DNA of 64,000 nt from the human T2T-CHM13v2.0 reference genome, Homo sapiens. The notes under the pieces were generated by a model. The model worked only from the letters and a program-made list of their open reading frames with translations. It was not told the origin of the DNA and ran no database searches. Positions 1 through 15,721 of the stretch are shown here, piece by piece. Where the stretch lies: the NCBI RefSeq assembly GCF_009914755.1, contig NC_060936.1. The stretch is one strand, 5' to 3'. Made by a program: the position numbers and the translations under genes. Every line of letters starts with the position of its first letter. The first letter of the stretch is position 1.

Positions 1-266
1 CTCATCTCTTCTATCTTCCCACTAGAGGATCCATGTTTCTCACCTGTACCACCTTTAAGGATTTTCAATATTCTTGACTTGACAGATGAAAACAGCAAAT
101 AACTCATTGTTCAATTTTTTATTTAACTGCTGATGACACTAAACATTTTTCCTAGGTTTAGTGGCCATTTGCATTTCTTTTATGAATTATCAGTTTATAC
201 CATTTTCTTATTATAGAGATTTTTTACTGATTTGTAATAATTTTTTATATTTTCATATTAACTCTC

Positions 267-273
267 ATATATA

Positions 274-315
<42 letters not shown>
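267..315. repeat. (TA)n(TG)n(TA)n compound microsatellite
   Basis: atatatatgtgtgtgtgtgtgtatatatat... read directly. Confidence 0.9.
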
Positions 316-318
<3 letters not shown>

Positions 319-2399
319 CAAACTGACATTTATTCTTGGCTATTCTTAAACACCTCAGTGAAAAAACAATTTTTAAAATGCTCTCAAAAAATGTTGGAAC
401 ATCACAAGTATAAATAGTCTTAGAGTTTTTAAGGAATGTAGCTGTGATGCATTATCAGAAAAAAGGCAATAACTTCTTTCTCAAAGGCAATAACTGCCTG
501 AGTATCAGAGTTTGCTTGATGTCTCAAATGTCCCTAATTGTAGAACCAAATTCCTTGGACTCCTCTGGATTACTATGGCATCTGCTGAGTGCTAGGTGCA
601 AAATCACCAGACATAAATAAGAAGCACAAGGTGGGTTGTATAATTTGTCCAAATGCATCCTCTAAAAAATATTAGGCTGGATGACTCAAGAGTTTTATTT
701 ACAACTCTCTTGTCCCTTTCCAAGAATGGGCTGTGGGGGACTGGAGCTCATCTGTAATTATGCCACAGTTTTCTTGTAAAACCTGGACTCTTTACACTGG
801 TTCTGAAGCAGAAATGAACTAAAAAATGAATGTTGGTCAGCAGCAACACTTGGCAAAGTCTACTAAAATACACTGAACCCCCAACACAAAGATTTCAACC
901 TGCAGTCATCAGTCAGTGTTTTCCTGCTGGAAGCACTTGCTAAGCATGGAAGCATCCCACTCCCACATTCGTGCAAAGAGCTGGGAAGCTGCTTTCATTA
1001 AATGCCATAAAAATGTGAAAATAATGATTATTTACTACAGCTTCTCAATTTCAGTGTCTTTAGATGGGATATTTTAGCTCTTATGGTTATTACAAAAACA
1101 AAGTCATTTATTTTAGTTGGTCCTCTAACATAAATGCCCAGCAAATCATCTGCTACTTAGTCAGAAAGTATGTGATTTCCTTAGTAATGCTATTTATTTT
1201 GGAGAAAACCAAGGAGTATCATATACACTTTATTAAAACAAACAAACACATAATAGGGGTTATTCCAATATTTAAATGGACAGAAAGTATCTGAAAATAT
1301 AACTAAATAACTCTAAAATTTCAAAAAATTAAAATTCACTGAACTTGTAGTTGAAGAGGTGTATCTTTTGCCTTGATCATTAACGGTATAAGGTTCAAAA
1401 GAACTGTAGTGATGCCTTTTCATACTTAAGTAACACTTTATAGTATAGAATTCTTTTCTGTGACCATCCCAACAATCCTTTGAAAAGGTTAAGGGAGACA
1501 TAAAAAAATAAAATCAGAGATGAAGGTGCTTGGCCGCAAGTAGCTAGAGAGCGAGGCCCATTTTTTTTCTAATTTCAGTCATTAGTTTTTTAACCACACT
1601 GCCTTTCCTGCCAGGCATACATACAGTGAGCACTCCACAAATATCAACTTTGATTATTATTACTACCATTATGTCAAACACAAATAATTAAAACCTCTGG
1701 GTGTAGTAAATATAATAAGTAACCTCAAACAGGCTCACGGTGCAGCCATTATTTATGGCTCCAACTGCAGACAACACACCCCTGAGGGCTGTGGCTAGGG
1801 AAACCCACAGAGGGGACCCCACTAGGGAGAGAGAGAATAGTGAGGAGGTAATGCCAGAGAGATATAGATAGATCTGAAGCTTTCTCTGGCAAACAGAGAT
1901 TACTTGTTAAACAAAGCAAAGAGCAATGTCATCCTTCTTGGCTCAGGAATAAAGAGAATGGGTAGGTTCCACCTACTATTTACCTAAGATGAAACTTCAA
2001 AAGGAGACATAACCAATCCCTGCCTTATGTAGAGCTGAGAGCACAGCAAATCCAAGAACCGAGAATGGACACACCTCTGGCACGCTTATTTGTGGGAGAG
2101 TTTTGGAAGGGAGGGGAGCAAAGAAGAAGTTCTGGGAAGCAGACCATAGGATACAGTGCTCATCACTCATACCCCACCCCTGGAAGCATCCACTTCCACA
2201 GCTTTGAGGATAACAATAAAACAATTTATGTTTTATGACTCAGTTTTTCTAGTGCTAGAGATTTAACTTATGGGAAAATTCACATAGCATTTCACCAAAA
2301 CTTCTAAGCTAACTAAACTCCCATAATAGAGGAATGATGAAGTGGACTGTGGTATAATTACACAATGGAAGATTAGGCAATCATTAAAAAGTGAGTAAC

Positions 2400-2833
<434 letters not shown>

Positions 2834-2837
2834 TTAA

Positions 2838-3171
<334 letters not shown>

Positions 3172-4649
3172 ACATTTATTACTTTTATAATAAAAACTTA
3201 ACTTTATCTGTTAAATGGTTATAATGATAACCATTGGGGTAAATACTTATAATAGATATAGGTATGGGATTATTAAAAAATGTTTAAAAAATTATGCCCG
3301 GGCTGACAAATGGGGGGTGGGGTGTGGGAGTTATGTAACTGCTACTTACTTGGCAAAAGTCTTATATGAGTGAAGTTTCTGGTTAATTACACACTGAACA
3401 TAGAGCTGAATTGTTTAAATCATTTCTTTCCCTTTGAGTCAATTTGTTAAAAAATAACCCTCCAGTTTGGCATGTAATTTCCTTATTGGCGTCTTTCTAA
3501 TTTACTAGTATGGATCCTTAGAAACCAATAATTTTGATTGCTAAGAGAGCCTCAAAAGTTAATTTACAAGCCTGATTAGGATCATACTTTTAACAAATGA
3601 ATTTTTACTTTTCAACAAGAGGTTTGTGTAGGTTTACAAATTGACCCATATACGCTCACCACATCTTTGCTGAGGGATAAAGAAAGCACTCTTGATATTA
3701 CTCCAAGTGGGCATCTCGGGGAAGGCAATAAAGGCTTGAACTTTTCAAAAACAATTTCACGATTTGTCTAATATTTAATTTATGCATAAAAGATGGCAGC
3801 ATAAAACCTTGCTAATCAGGATTCAAACAGAAGATATAGGCAAGGTGAAATGAATCACCAATTTTTCTAAGGATTCACCAGAAACCACTTTCTTCTCCTA
3901 TCCTTTAAGAAAGCCTTTCTAAAGGGGGATTGGTCACAAGTAAATAAAACTATAGAAACAGAGTTCATAATGGTGAAAAGTTGGCTTGTCTTTCTGGATC
4001 TTCTTTTGACTGCATACTGGGCGCCCCGTCTCCTCCTCCTCCTCTATCTTATTCACTGACAAGAGATAATGGTATCTTGCAAGTATGTGGGCTATCTGGG
4101 TTCAAATTCTGGTTCTGCTACTCACTACCTTTGGATATATTAATTGGCCATTCTGAAGTTGGTATTCTGTGTTTAAAATAAAGATAATTTTACCTGGCAG
4201 CTTAATGAGAGTTTAAAAAAGCAAAAGCACCCAACAATTTTTGTCTGCACCTAATAATTTTTGTCTTCATTAATATATATTCAGTAGGTACTCCTTATAC
4301 TCTGCCTCCTCAACTTGGTATAGATACCCATTTCTCTGAAAGATGGAGCACATCACATTTTATGTGTCATTTTATCCTTCAATATTTGTTTTACCCTAAA
4401 TTTTTCTCAGCTCTTTTTTTTAATTTTTTTTTTGAGAGCACACTTCAAAAAGAAGGAAAGCCTAGGCATCTTTTGAGATGAGAATAGACTGGCAAGGGAG
4501 AACTTCTTGGACCACTATGTGCTGTTATCTTGGAGTAAACTTAAGTGAAGTTATGTCCTGGCCTATTTCAGAGGTTGCTGGGGACAACATCAAAGACATT
4601 TACAAAAAATGCCCTAAATCACTGGTCTTAGGTAAATAGACAGGACCAT

Positions 4650-5350
4650 TCAATAATTCACTCAGTTAAGCACCATTTTTGTGTTAACCACTGTTCTAGG
4701 TGCTGGAGTGTAACAGTGGGAAAAGCAGAAAAAAAAATCTCTGCCCTTGTGGAGCTTTATGTTCTCAAAGGAGGAGACAAACAGTAGTTATGGTAAATAA
4801 GTAAAATATACAGTCTTCAGATGGTGGTCAGCACCATGGAGAAAGATGAAGCAGGAAAGAGGGACTGGCTACACCATTGTGCATGGGGGTGCTATTTTTA
4901 AACAATGCAGCCACGAAGTCATAAAAAAATAAACAGGTAACCTTTAAGCATGAACCTGAAATCAGTGAGGGAGAAAAACGTGAGGGAACAGCCAGTGCAA
5001 GGGTCCTGGAGTAAGAGAATGCACAATGTGAGGGCAGACCAACAAGGAGGCCGGTGTGACTGGGGCAGAGTGAGCAGGAAGCGGGGGTGTGAAGACACCA
5101 GGCAGAGAAGTTACCAGGAATAGATCATGGAAGGCCATTTTGGCCATTACCTGAACTTTGTTTGGTTTTCACTCTGAGTGATATAAGAAGCTATGAGAGG
5201 TAATTAGGCAGAAGAGAGGTATCATTTGATTCATGTTTTAAAAGACACATTCTGGCAGCTGTTTTAAGACTAGACTGTAGTGGGACAAGACAGGAACTGT
5301 CTGGGGCAACAACAGTATTTGGGGTGAGATACGGTAGTTGCAAAGGTTGG
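4650..5350 (-). mobile_element. L2 fragment
   Basis: Degenerate antisense L2 3' region (...ctgttctaggtgctgg...gccagtgcaagggtcctgg...cattctggcagctg); boundaries approximate. Confidence 0.7.
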
Positions 5351-5888
5351 AGAAGTCGCAAGGAGATACTGATGGAACTTCTTACATGTTTCACTGATTT
5401 CCTCTTCTGGGAGGGCCAGCAATGCCCCAGTTGACCAACAATATGGAAATTAAACCCACTGGCATTTACAGGAAACCAGAAATATTCAAGAAAGTATGAG
5501 CAGCACAATTAAATTCTACAGGGAGCTCAAGATTATCCCCCACTCTAGTCTGGAGGAGGAGATCTTGGAGAGGTTCAAGCTGGACCTTCCATGGGATTCT
5601 CACCCCAAAGACCATCTTTTGGGATCTCACTCTTGCTTCCTCTTGGCATGTCTCCTGTGTGATTCTTTGGACATTTTTTCTTTCAGTCACCTCCCACTTC
5701 ATGAGATTATTTCTTCCCCCACCCTCCCTTCCAGGTGGCTGGGGCTGCCTAACTCAGGGGAGACTCCTTGCAGGAGAAAGCCAGGGTTGCAGCTTAATCT
5801 GGCTCAGCTCACGCCTTTAGAGAAAAGAACTGTCTTTTCTTTGTGTTTCTTTTCCTATACCACCAAATTGGTAAAATATTCTAGGTCA

Positions 5889-6230
<342 letters not shown>

Positions 6231-6289
6231 ACCTTATGTATGGAGCAATAATCACAACTCATATGCTATCAATAGGCCACAACCTCTGT

Positions 6290-6383
6290 GATCATTGAAT
6301 ATCTGATGAGGTCATTGATCTCTGAATATCTGATGAGGTCATGATCACTGGGTATCTGATGAGATCATTGAATATCTGATGAG
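6290..6383. repeat. Short imperfect tandem repeat, 4 x TATCTGATGAG core
   Basis: Four copies read directly, period ~21-27 bp. Confidence 0.85.
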
Positions 6384-8689
6384 GGGGAGGAGTGGATCCC
6401 CTAGGCAGGAGTAGGGCACAAAAAAGTGGGTATGACTAATAGATACTGTGCCTTTCCCATTTGCTTCCAAAAGGTCTGTCTACTGTAAAAATGGAAGGTA
6501 AATTCTGAAGCAGTTTTTGTCTCTAAGTGTCTAGCTCCTGGAAGCTTGTTTAGTCTGAGCCTCTGTGTCTTCATCAATTGAATGATGCTGTCTTTGAACC
6601 TACCCACATACGTCAGAGATGACCTTGGAGCTCAGAGCTCTGTACATCTGCTTGTTTGCTTGTTCCCTTCCCTAGAGAATATGTGGTAAGGTGAACAGTG
6701 TACTTCCCCCAGGAGCCTGCTTCTCATTTTGTAGCCCATTACTAAGCCACTTACAGTAAAGACTCTCAGGAGAGTATTTTCCTAAAAGGCATGGACATGA
6801 GCTAGTAGAGGCTAAAAATATAGAGCACTACAGAAAATGTTTAAACCAATGCATAAATAATTGAAAGTTGGAACAATCTACTGAGGTCAGTGGGATGTTG
6901 TAGGTTAGCAGGTAAGGGTTTTGGTATACTCCTAATCATTTGGCCCCAATTCACTAGAACTTCTACTTCTTATCTTAATTTTTAGAATGAGGAAACCTAG
7001 CCACTAAGAAGTTAAATACTTTTCTTGAGGTCTTCAAGCTCACAGGTTGTGCAACTGGGTTCTGAATCCAAACGGTTTGACTCTAGATGGTATATCCTTA
7101 ACCCCAATGCCATTCCATCCCTCAGGACCCCAAACCTAGGTTATCACTGATAGTTTGGAGTTCATAACTCTAAAACAGCATGAGTTTAGTGGAACACTAG
7201 TGCCTGGAAGATATTAAGAGATCTTCCCTAAACAGGGTCCCATGGTAAATACATATAGGAAATGCTGAGTGAGATTACATTGAACAGGTTTCCTCCCTAC
7301 AGAACTTCTCAGAGTCTTTAATAAGTTCATGTGCACTATGGCTCTCTAAAACCTAGATGTGGAATTTTTCAGATATAATGACCCTTGGAATTCTTTTCTG
7401 ATAAAATACCTACTATCATACAGATTTTGACAGAATATTATTTGGGAAACACTGCTCTAAAGTATAGTCTAGATTATTTCATTTGTTTTGCCACTTATTT
7501 CCTTTAATTTCATTTTATAGGGTCCAGAAATGTGTTGTAAACTGCACAGCTTAAAGGTCTCATCCGTATTTTCATCTATGGCTTGCTTCTCCATTTCATT
7601 CACAAAGATGTTGGGAGAGATGTAAACACCCGAGTAGACTATGCACACCACAGTCCCCCTGCTCTACCAAGCTACTTTTCTTCTGGCGAATGGCTCAACC
7701 CCAGCTCTTATTGCTCATTGCCATTTTTCTGTAAGTATTCACAAACAATACAAGTCATTCATTCTAGATTTTCATTAAAACAAAAAACAACACTTTAAAA
7801 TAAAAGCTTTCTACTCTCCCTAGTCTTCCAACATCTTTCTCATCTTCACGCTTTCTCAAAGATTCCTGATGGGGTAAAATAAAACACGTGAAAGGGGTAA
7901 AGGAATAAAAATTGTGTGAGCATCTTCTGTGGCCTCAGAGTCACACCAGGCATAGCAAGACCAGTAAGTCAATCACTGGTAGATCTGGGATTTAGATGCC
8001 CAATATCAAGCCTATATTCCTCCTACTCTTTATGTCATAACATGGGGCTACTATAATGTTTGGAACCAAAGATATGAATTCTTCTACGGGCAAATAGTGA
8101 TCTCTTGATTTCTCATAAAACCTTGGCCCCAAATAGCTCCCTGATTCACCCCCTTGTAAGTAACAGATAGGTGATGGGGTGAAGTCACTAGTCCAAGGAC
8201 AGGGTACCAAGATCTACCAGCCAAGCTTCTCTTGGCTCTCAATATTTTGTTTCAACATTCCCAGTTTAAAGATCGTTCTCTTTACAACAAAAAGAGATGC
8301 AAAATAACTGCTGTGTCATTCTGCTTTCTCATAACAATTGGTTTTTCTCTGATTAAAAAAAATATAAGGCCGGAGGTTTTAGCATAATAGACCTAGGTCA
8401 ATTTCTGAAGTCCTACCACCTTGTCTACCTTAGACAAGCTACTGAGTCTCTGAGGTTTAGTTTCCTCCTCTCTAAGATCAGTATGGCATCGCTGACTCCC
8501 CACAGCACTGTGATGAGTATTAAATATGACTTAATTCATGTGAAGTGATAACACAGTCTCTCATGCACAGCAAGAACCCCTTCCCGGGCAATAGCTTAGA
8601 ACAATGGTTCTCATTCCCGACTTGGCATCAGAGTCACCAGTGGAATTTAAAAAAAAAAAAAAAAATTCAAGAATAAACAAAAATCCAAA

Positions 8690-9400
8690 ACACATGAAAA
8701 AATGACTGAAAGTATTGATTATATCAGAATTTTAAATTTCAGTATGACAAATTATACCATAAACCCAAGTAAAATGAGAAAGACTGGGAGAAAATCTTTG
8801 TAACACACATAACAGTATTCAGAGTATATAAAATGTCAAAAAATCGGTAAGAAAAAGGCACATTTGCCACAAAAAATACAATGTGTAGACAAATCACAAT
8901 TTACAAAAAGACAAATTATAAATGTTATGAAATATGACCTACATCTCACTAATAGTCAGAAAAATGAACATTAAATCAACAAATTACCATATTTCACTCA
9001 TTATATTGTTCAAGATTAAAGGCAATAATAAGCATATATTCTTAAATGTATAGAGAAATGAGTATTCTCATGTTGAACCAGTGGGAGTATAAATTCTTAC
9101 AGGACATTTGGAGAAAAACTTTGTAGTTCTGATTAAAACTAAAAATGTCCATATCCTACGACCAGATTCCACTTCTAGGTATCTACCCTAAAGAAATTTT
9201 TGCATATTACTTACCAAAAAAATTGAACAAAATACTGCAGAATTGTCTGTGACTATAGAAACTAGAAAACACCATGGATGCCAAAAATAGAGGGATGATA
9301 AATAAAATATGATACACAGATATTAAGAACTATACTTCAGAGGTTAAAAGTTATGAACCTGATCTATATGTATCAGCATGTATACATTTTTTAAATGTTG
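8690..9400 (+). mobile_element. Old L1M (L1ME-like) ORF2 3'/3'-UTR fragment, splitting a MER5A-like element (8600-8650 and 10030-10140)
   Basis: gactgggagaaaatctttgtaac...gattccacttctaggtatctaccctaaagaaa resembles the L1 3' end; the flanks resemble MER5A halves. Confidence 0.65.
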
Positions 9401-9460
9401 CATTCACAAAATATATATATAGTAATTCTTACTTAACAGTTAATAAATATTCTGAGGGCA

Positions 9461-9543
9461 CATTAAGTGATTTAATCTTTAGATCACATGCATTAAGTGA
9501 TTTAATCTTTAGATCACATGCATTAAGTGATTTAATCTTTAGA
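9461..9543. repeat. Perfect 30-bp tandem repeat (~2.8 copies) at the edge of a MIR
   Basis: Unit CATTAAGTGATTTAATCTTTAGATCACATG; followed by MIR core ccattttacagatgaggaactgaggcacagaga. Confidence 0.92.
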
Positions 9544-10414
9544 ACTACCCTATGAAGCAGATACGATTACTATTTCCATTTTACAGATGAGGAACTGAGG
9601 CACAGAGAAGTCAAGTCACCCTCTCTAAGCCACAGCCCTGCATCCATGGAGTCCATCCTCTTGGCCACTCCATTGTGCTTACTGAAAGAGGCTGCAGACC
9701 AATGTGCATAGCATGACACTTGTCAATATCAACATACTTTTCCAAAGGACTGGAAGGAAATATGCTAAACTCATAATGATGCTGTCTTGGCTAGAAAGTT
9801 TGTAGAATTAGAATGATCAGGATAGAGGAGAGATGAGAAAAGACTGTAGCTTTATCTTCTAATTTTTTTCTTAAGAAATGATATGTTAATTTGTAATATT
9901 TGAAACTGCAATGACACAGGAAAAAATGAAAGTGATATGTCCAAATGTTAACAGCGGTTGATAATAGATGGAAGGAATATTAGTAGTTAATTGTCTTGCA
10001 TTTAAATGCATTTTTCAATATGAAAGAAAAAATACCCAGAGACAGGTACTTTTGCCCCCTCACCCCAAGAATGAGAGACTGGGACCAGGATATTTGCATT
10101 TTTTAAAAAACTCCAGAGTGATTCAGATGTTCAGGGATAGCTGTATTTGGCAGAGGTGTGGGGTGTAATAGAAAGATCATGGGCTTCGGAATCTGAGATT
10201 CAGAGTTCAATGCCATTTCCACTGCACATTAGCTGTGTGATCTTGAGCAAATTACTCAACCGCTCTGAACCTCAGTTCCCTCATCCATAAAGTGAGAGTA
10301 CCACCTTCACTTAGTTTAATGCGGATTAAATGAAGAGTCATATGTGCCCAGCTCATTGCATAATGCGGTTCCACAAATACTAGAATTTGATTCTCTCTCT
10401 TAACGTAGCATCTT

Positions 10415-10740
10415 TTTCCTTCTTTTCTTTTCTTTTTTTTTTTGTGGGGAGGGAGGGGGCGGACAGAGTCTCACTCTGTTGCCCAGGCTGGAGTGCAGTG
10501 GGGTGATCTTAGCTAACTTCAAACTCTGCCTCCTGGGTTCAAGCAATTCTCATGCCTCAGCCACCTTAGTAGCTGGGATTACAAGTATGCGCCATCACGC
10601 CCAGATAATTTTTGTATTTTTAGTAGTGATGGGGATTCGCCATTTTGGCCAGGCTGGTTTGAACTCCTGGCCTCAAGTGATCTGCCCGCCTTGGCCTTCC
10701 AAAGTGCTGGGACTACAGGTGTGAGCCACCATGCCCAGCC
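10415..10740 (-). mobile_element. Alu (J-like)
   Basis: Antisense Alu with CTCCTGGCCTCAAGTGATC; degenerate T-rich tail. Confidence 0.88.
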
Positions 10741-11044
10741 TTAACTCAGCACTTTGAGTGATTTTAACATTTTGCCAGGCTGTTACTAAGGCGAGAAGTA
10801 TACTGGCCTATACAATTTATACAGCAACTTCTGAAGTATGTTTGGAAAAAAAAAAATCAATACTCACTAACAACCCTTCTTCAATCACCCAATACAGTGA
10901 CCTCTGTTTCCTCTTCTGTAAAATGGGTGTAATAACATCACTTACTGACCTGTGCAGTTGAGATTCTGGATAATGCTTCAGAGAGTTCACCCAGAGTTCA
11001 CATACATGCATGCGCCCCCCTCCCTACCACCCCCTGCAGCCCCG

Positions 11045-11078
<34 letters not shown>

Positions 11079-11079
11079 A
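11045..11079. repeat. (CA)n microsatellite
   Basis: Read directly. Confidence 0.9.
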
Positions 11080-11399
11080 TGTCTTGAGTGCATTCCATCC
11101 AATTCTGGTAATTTAGTTACTTGTCGTTTATTTATTAGGTTGAAAACATTCTGTTCATTTACTATTATTTAATCTATTAACTCTGACTTAGGCCTAAGGG
11201 GCAACCTCTCAAGGAGAAAATGCTGATTATCTAATATAAAAGCTAAAAAGTTACATAGGTGCATTTTACAGATATATTCTTTCTCATGGACAGTTTGTTG
11301 CTCAGAAAATGCTGTCTCTCTTCTCTACACCCATTGCTCGCTTGCTCTCACTCAGACATACATTCTCCTCCCCCAGGTTTAATTTTTTAAGGCAGTTTT

Positions 11400-12440
<1,041 letters not shown>

Positions 12441-12441
12441 A

Positions 12442-12792
<351 letters not shown>

Positions 12793-13092
12793 TTAATTGG
12801 CTCAAAAAGTGAAAAGATACTTTTAAAATATTTTTTTAACTTAAAAATATTTATTAAGGTAAAAAATTTTCTTTAGATTGAATTTCATTCTTAATTGAAC
12901 ACAACATATATAAAACTCAGGTTCTGTTGAGGATATAAACATGACTGAGACAAGGTTCTCTTCTTGAAGAAACCATCCTCAGGGCTAGACATAATGTATA
13001 TGCTGAGCACGCAAGGAAGTGCTGCAGTTAAAAGTAAGAAGTGCTTTGGGAACACTGAGAAGATTGTAATTAATTCAGGGAAAGCTTGATAA

Positions 13093-14187
<1,095 letters not shown>

Positions 14188-15239
14188 TCTGGGGCAGTAC
14201 TGAATAGCAGTTAAGAGTGTATGTAGGTTCTAGACTCAGAATGCCTGGGTTTAAATGATTTCTTCCGTATTTACTAGCTGTTTGACCTTGGGCACATTTA
14301 CCTAACCCCTCTAAGCATCAGTTTCTATCTCTGAAAAATGGGGGCAGAAATAGCTCCTACCTCATGTTATTTTCATTAGACTGAATAAGATCATGTCTAT
14401 AAAGCTACCTTTTACTGAGATAACTTCTCATGCTCTGCCTTCCCTCCCCAGCTGCTCAGAATATTTGCTTCCCCTGTTAGATCCTAAAGGAGGCAGTTTC
14501 TCTTCCTTACAATTTCTATGTGTCCCCCATCTTCCTCCCCACCCACAGTGCTGAGAACATCATAGGTTTTCACAAGATATCTAATCGTATCCAGTCATGC
14601 CCCAAAAGGATTTGTTGATTGCATGCCCAAACACACTGAGCACTAAGTATGTGCACAGCCCTGACCAATGTGCTACCCCTGCCTCCCAATCAGCTAGAGA
14701 GGTCACAGGAATCTTAGCATAAAGCAATGTATTTTCAGGTGGGACAAAATCCCACCAAAAATATTAGCATAGTACTCGGAAGGAATCTGGCTGAGGAAAC
14801 CTATTTGGAGTTCTGTGAAGTTTGGCTGCCCAGCAAACACCCAAATCAACGTTTCCTAAACTCTGTTCCCAGATGTGAATACATGTTCTTAAAATAAAAA
14901 GGATCCACAGTCAAGTAAGTTTGGAAAATAATACATACATTTCTCTCTGTAAACAACTTAGTATAATTAGTTTTATAGACTCTAAAAGTCCTATAATAAA
15001 GAAATCAGGTAAAATAATATGCCCGAATTTCCCAAGTTTATTAATTATGGAACCACTTTAATCATAAGACATTTACCAATGTCTTGAAGAACATTAGCTA
15101 TTTTCTAAAGCATAGTTTTGGGTTAAGCTACTTGAAGAAAGGGACGGTGTCTTGCATATTATTTTACACTTATACATAGAAGACAATCAATATTAATTTA
15201 GTGAATAAAAGAATTAATATTTATTTCTTGTTTACTCTT

Positions 15240-15347
15240 TAACTGTAATCACATGTGACACATGTGATTACATGTTATGTGAAATGTAATCACGTGTCAC
15301 ATATGACTTATAGTTAATCATGCCTAATCACACATATGATTAGGCAT
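15240..15347. repeat. Cluster of nested inverted repeats
   Basis: TGTAATCACATGTG-a-CACATGTGATTACA (15244-15272) and ATGCCTAATCA-6nt-TGATTAGGCAT (15320-15347). Confidence 0.9.
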
Positions 15348-15553
15348 TTTACAAAACACATTATTTCATCACAAAGTTCCTGTTGAAACTGACAAGGCAC
15401 ATATTATCAGCACTATATTATGAATGGAAAAACTGAAGCTCAGAGAGATTGAATGACTTAACTAAGGTCACACAGTTGGTTAATGTAAAAACTTGAGCTC
15501 AAATTCAAATCTGCCTGTTCCAGATCCTGTGTTCTTTTCATTGCATCTAACTA

Positions 15554-15721
<168 letters not shown>

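Noticed and set aside
6290-6383. Repeated CTGATGAG resembling a hammerhead ribozyme core or C/D-box motifs
   Set aside because: No GAAA follows the stem-II-like hairpin (GAATA instead), stems I/III are missing, and there is no snoRNA terminal stem or proper box spacing
9461-9543. 30-bp repeats as a CRISPR array or the classical PAH VNTR
   Set aside because: Units are contiguous with no spacers in human DNA, and the classical VNTR is 3' of PAH, outside this window
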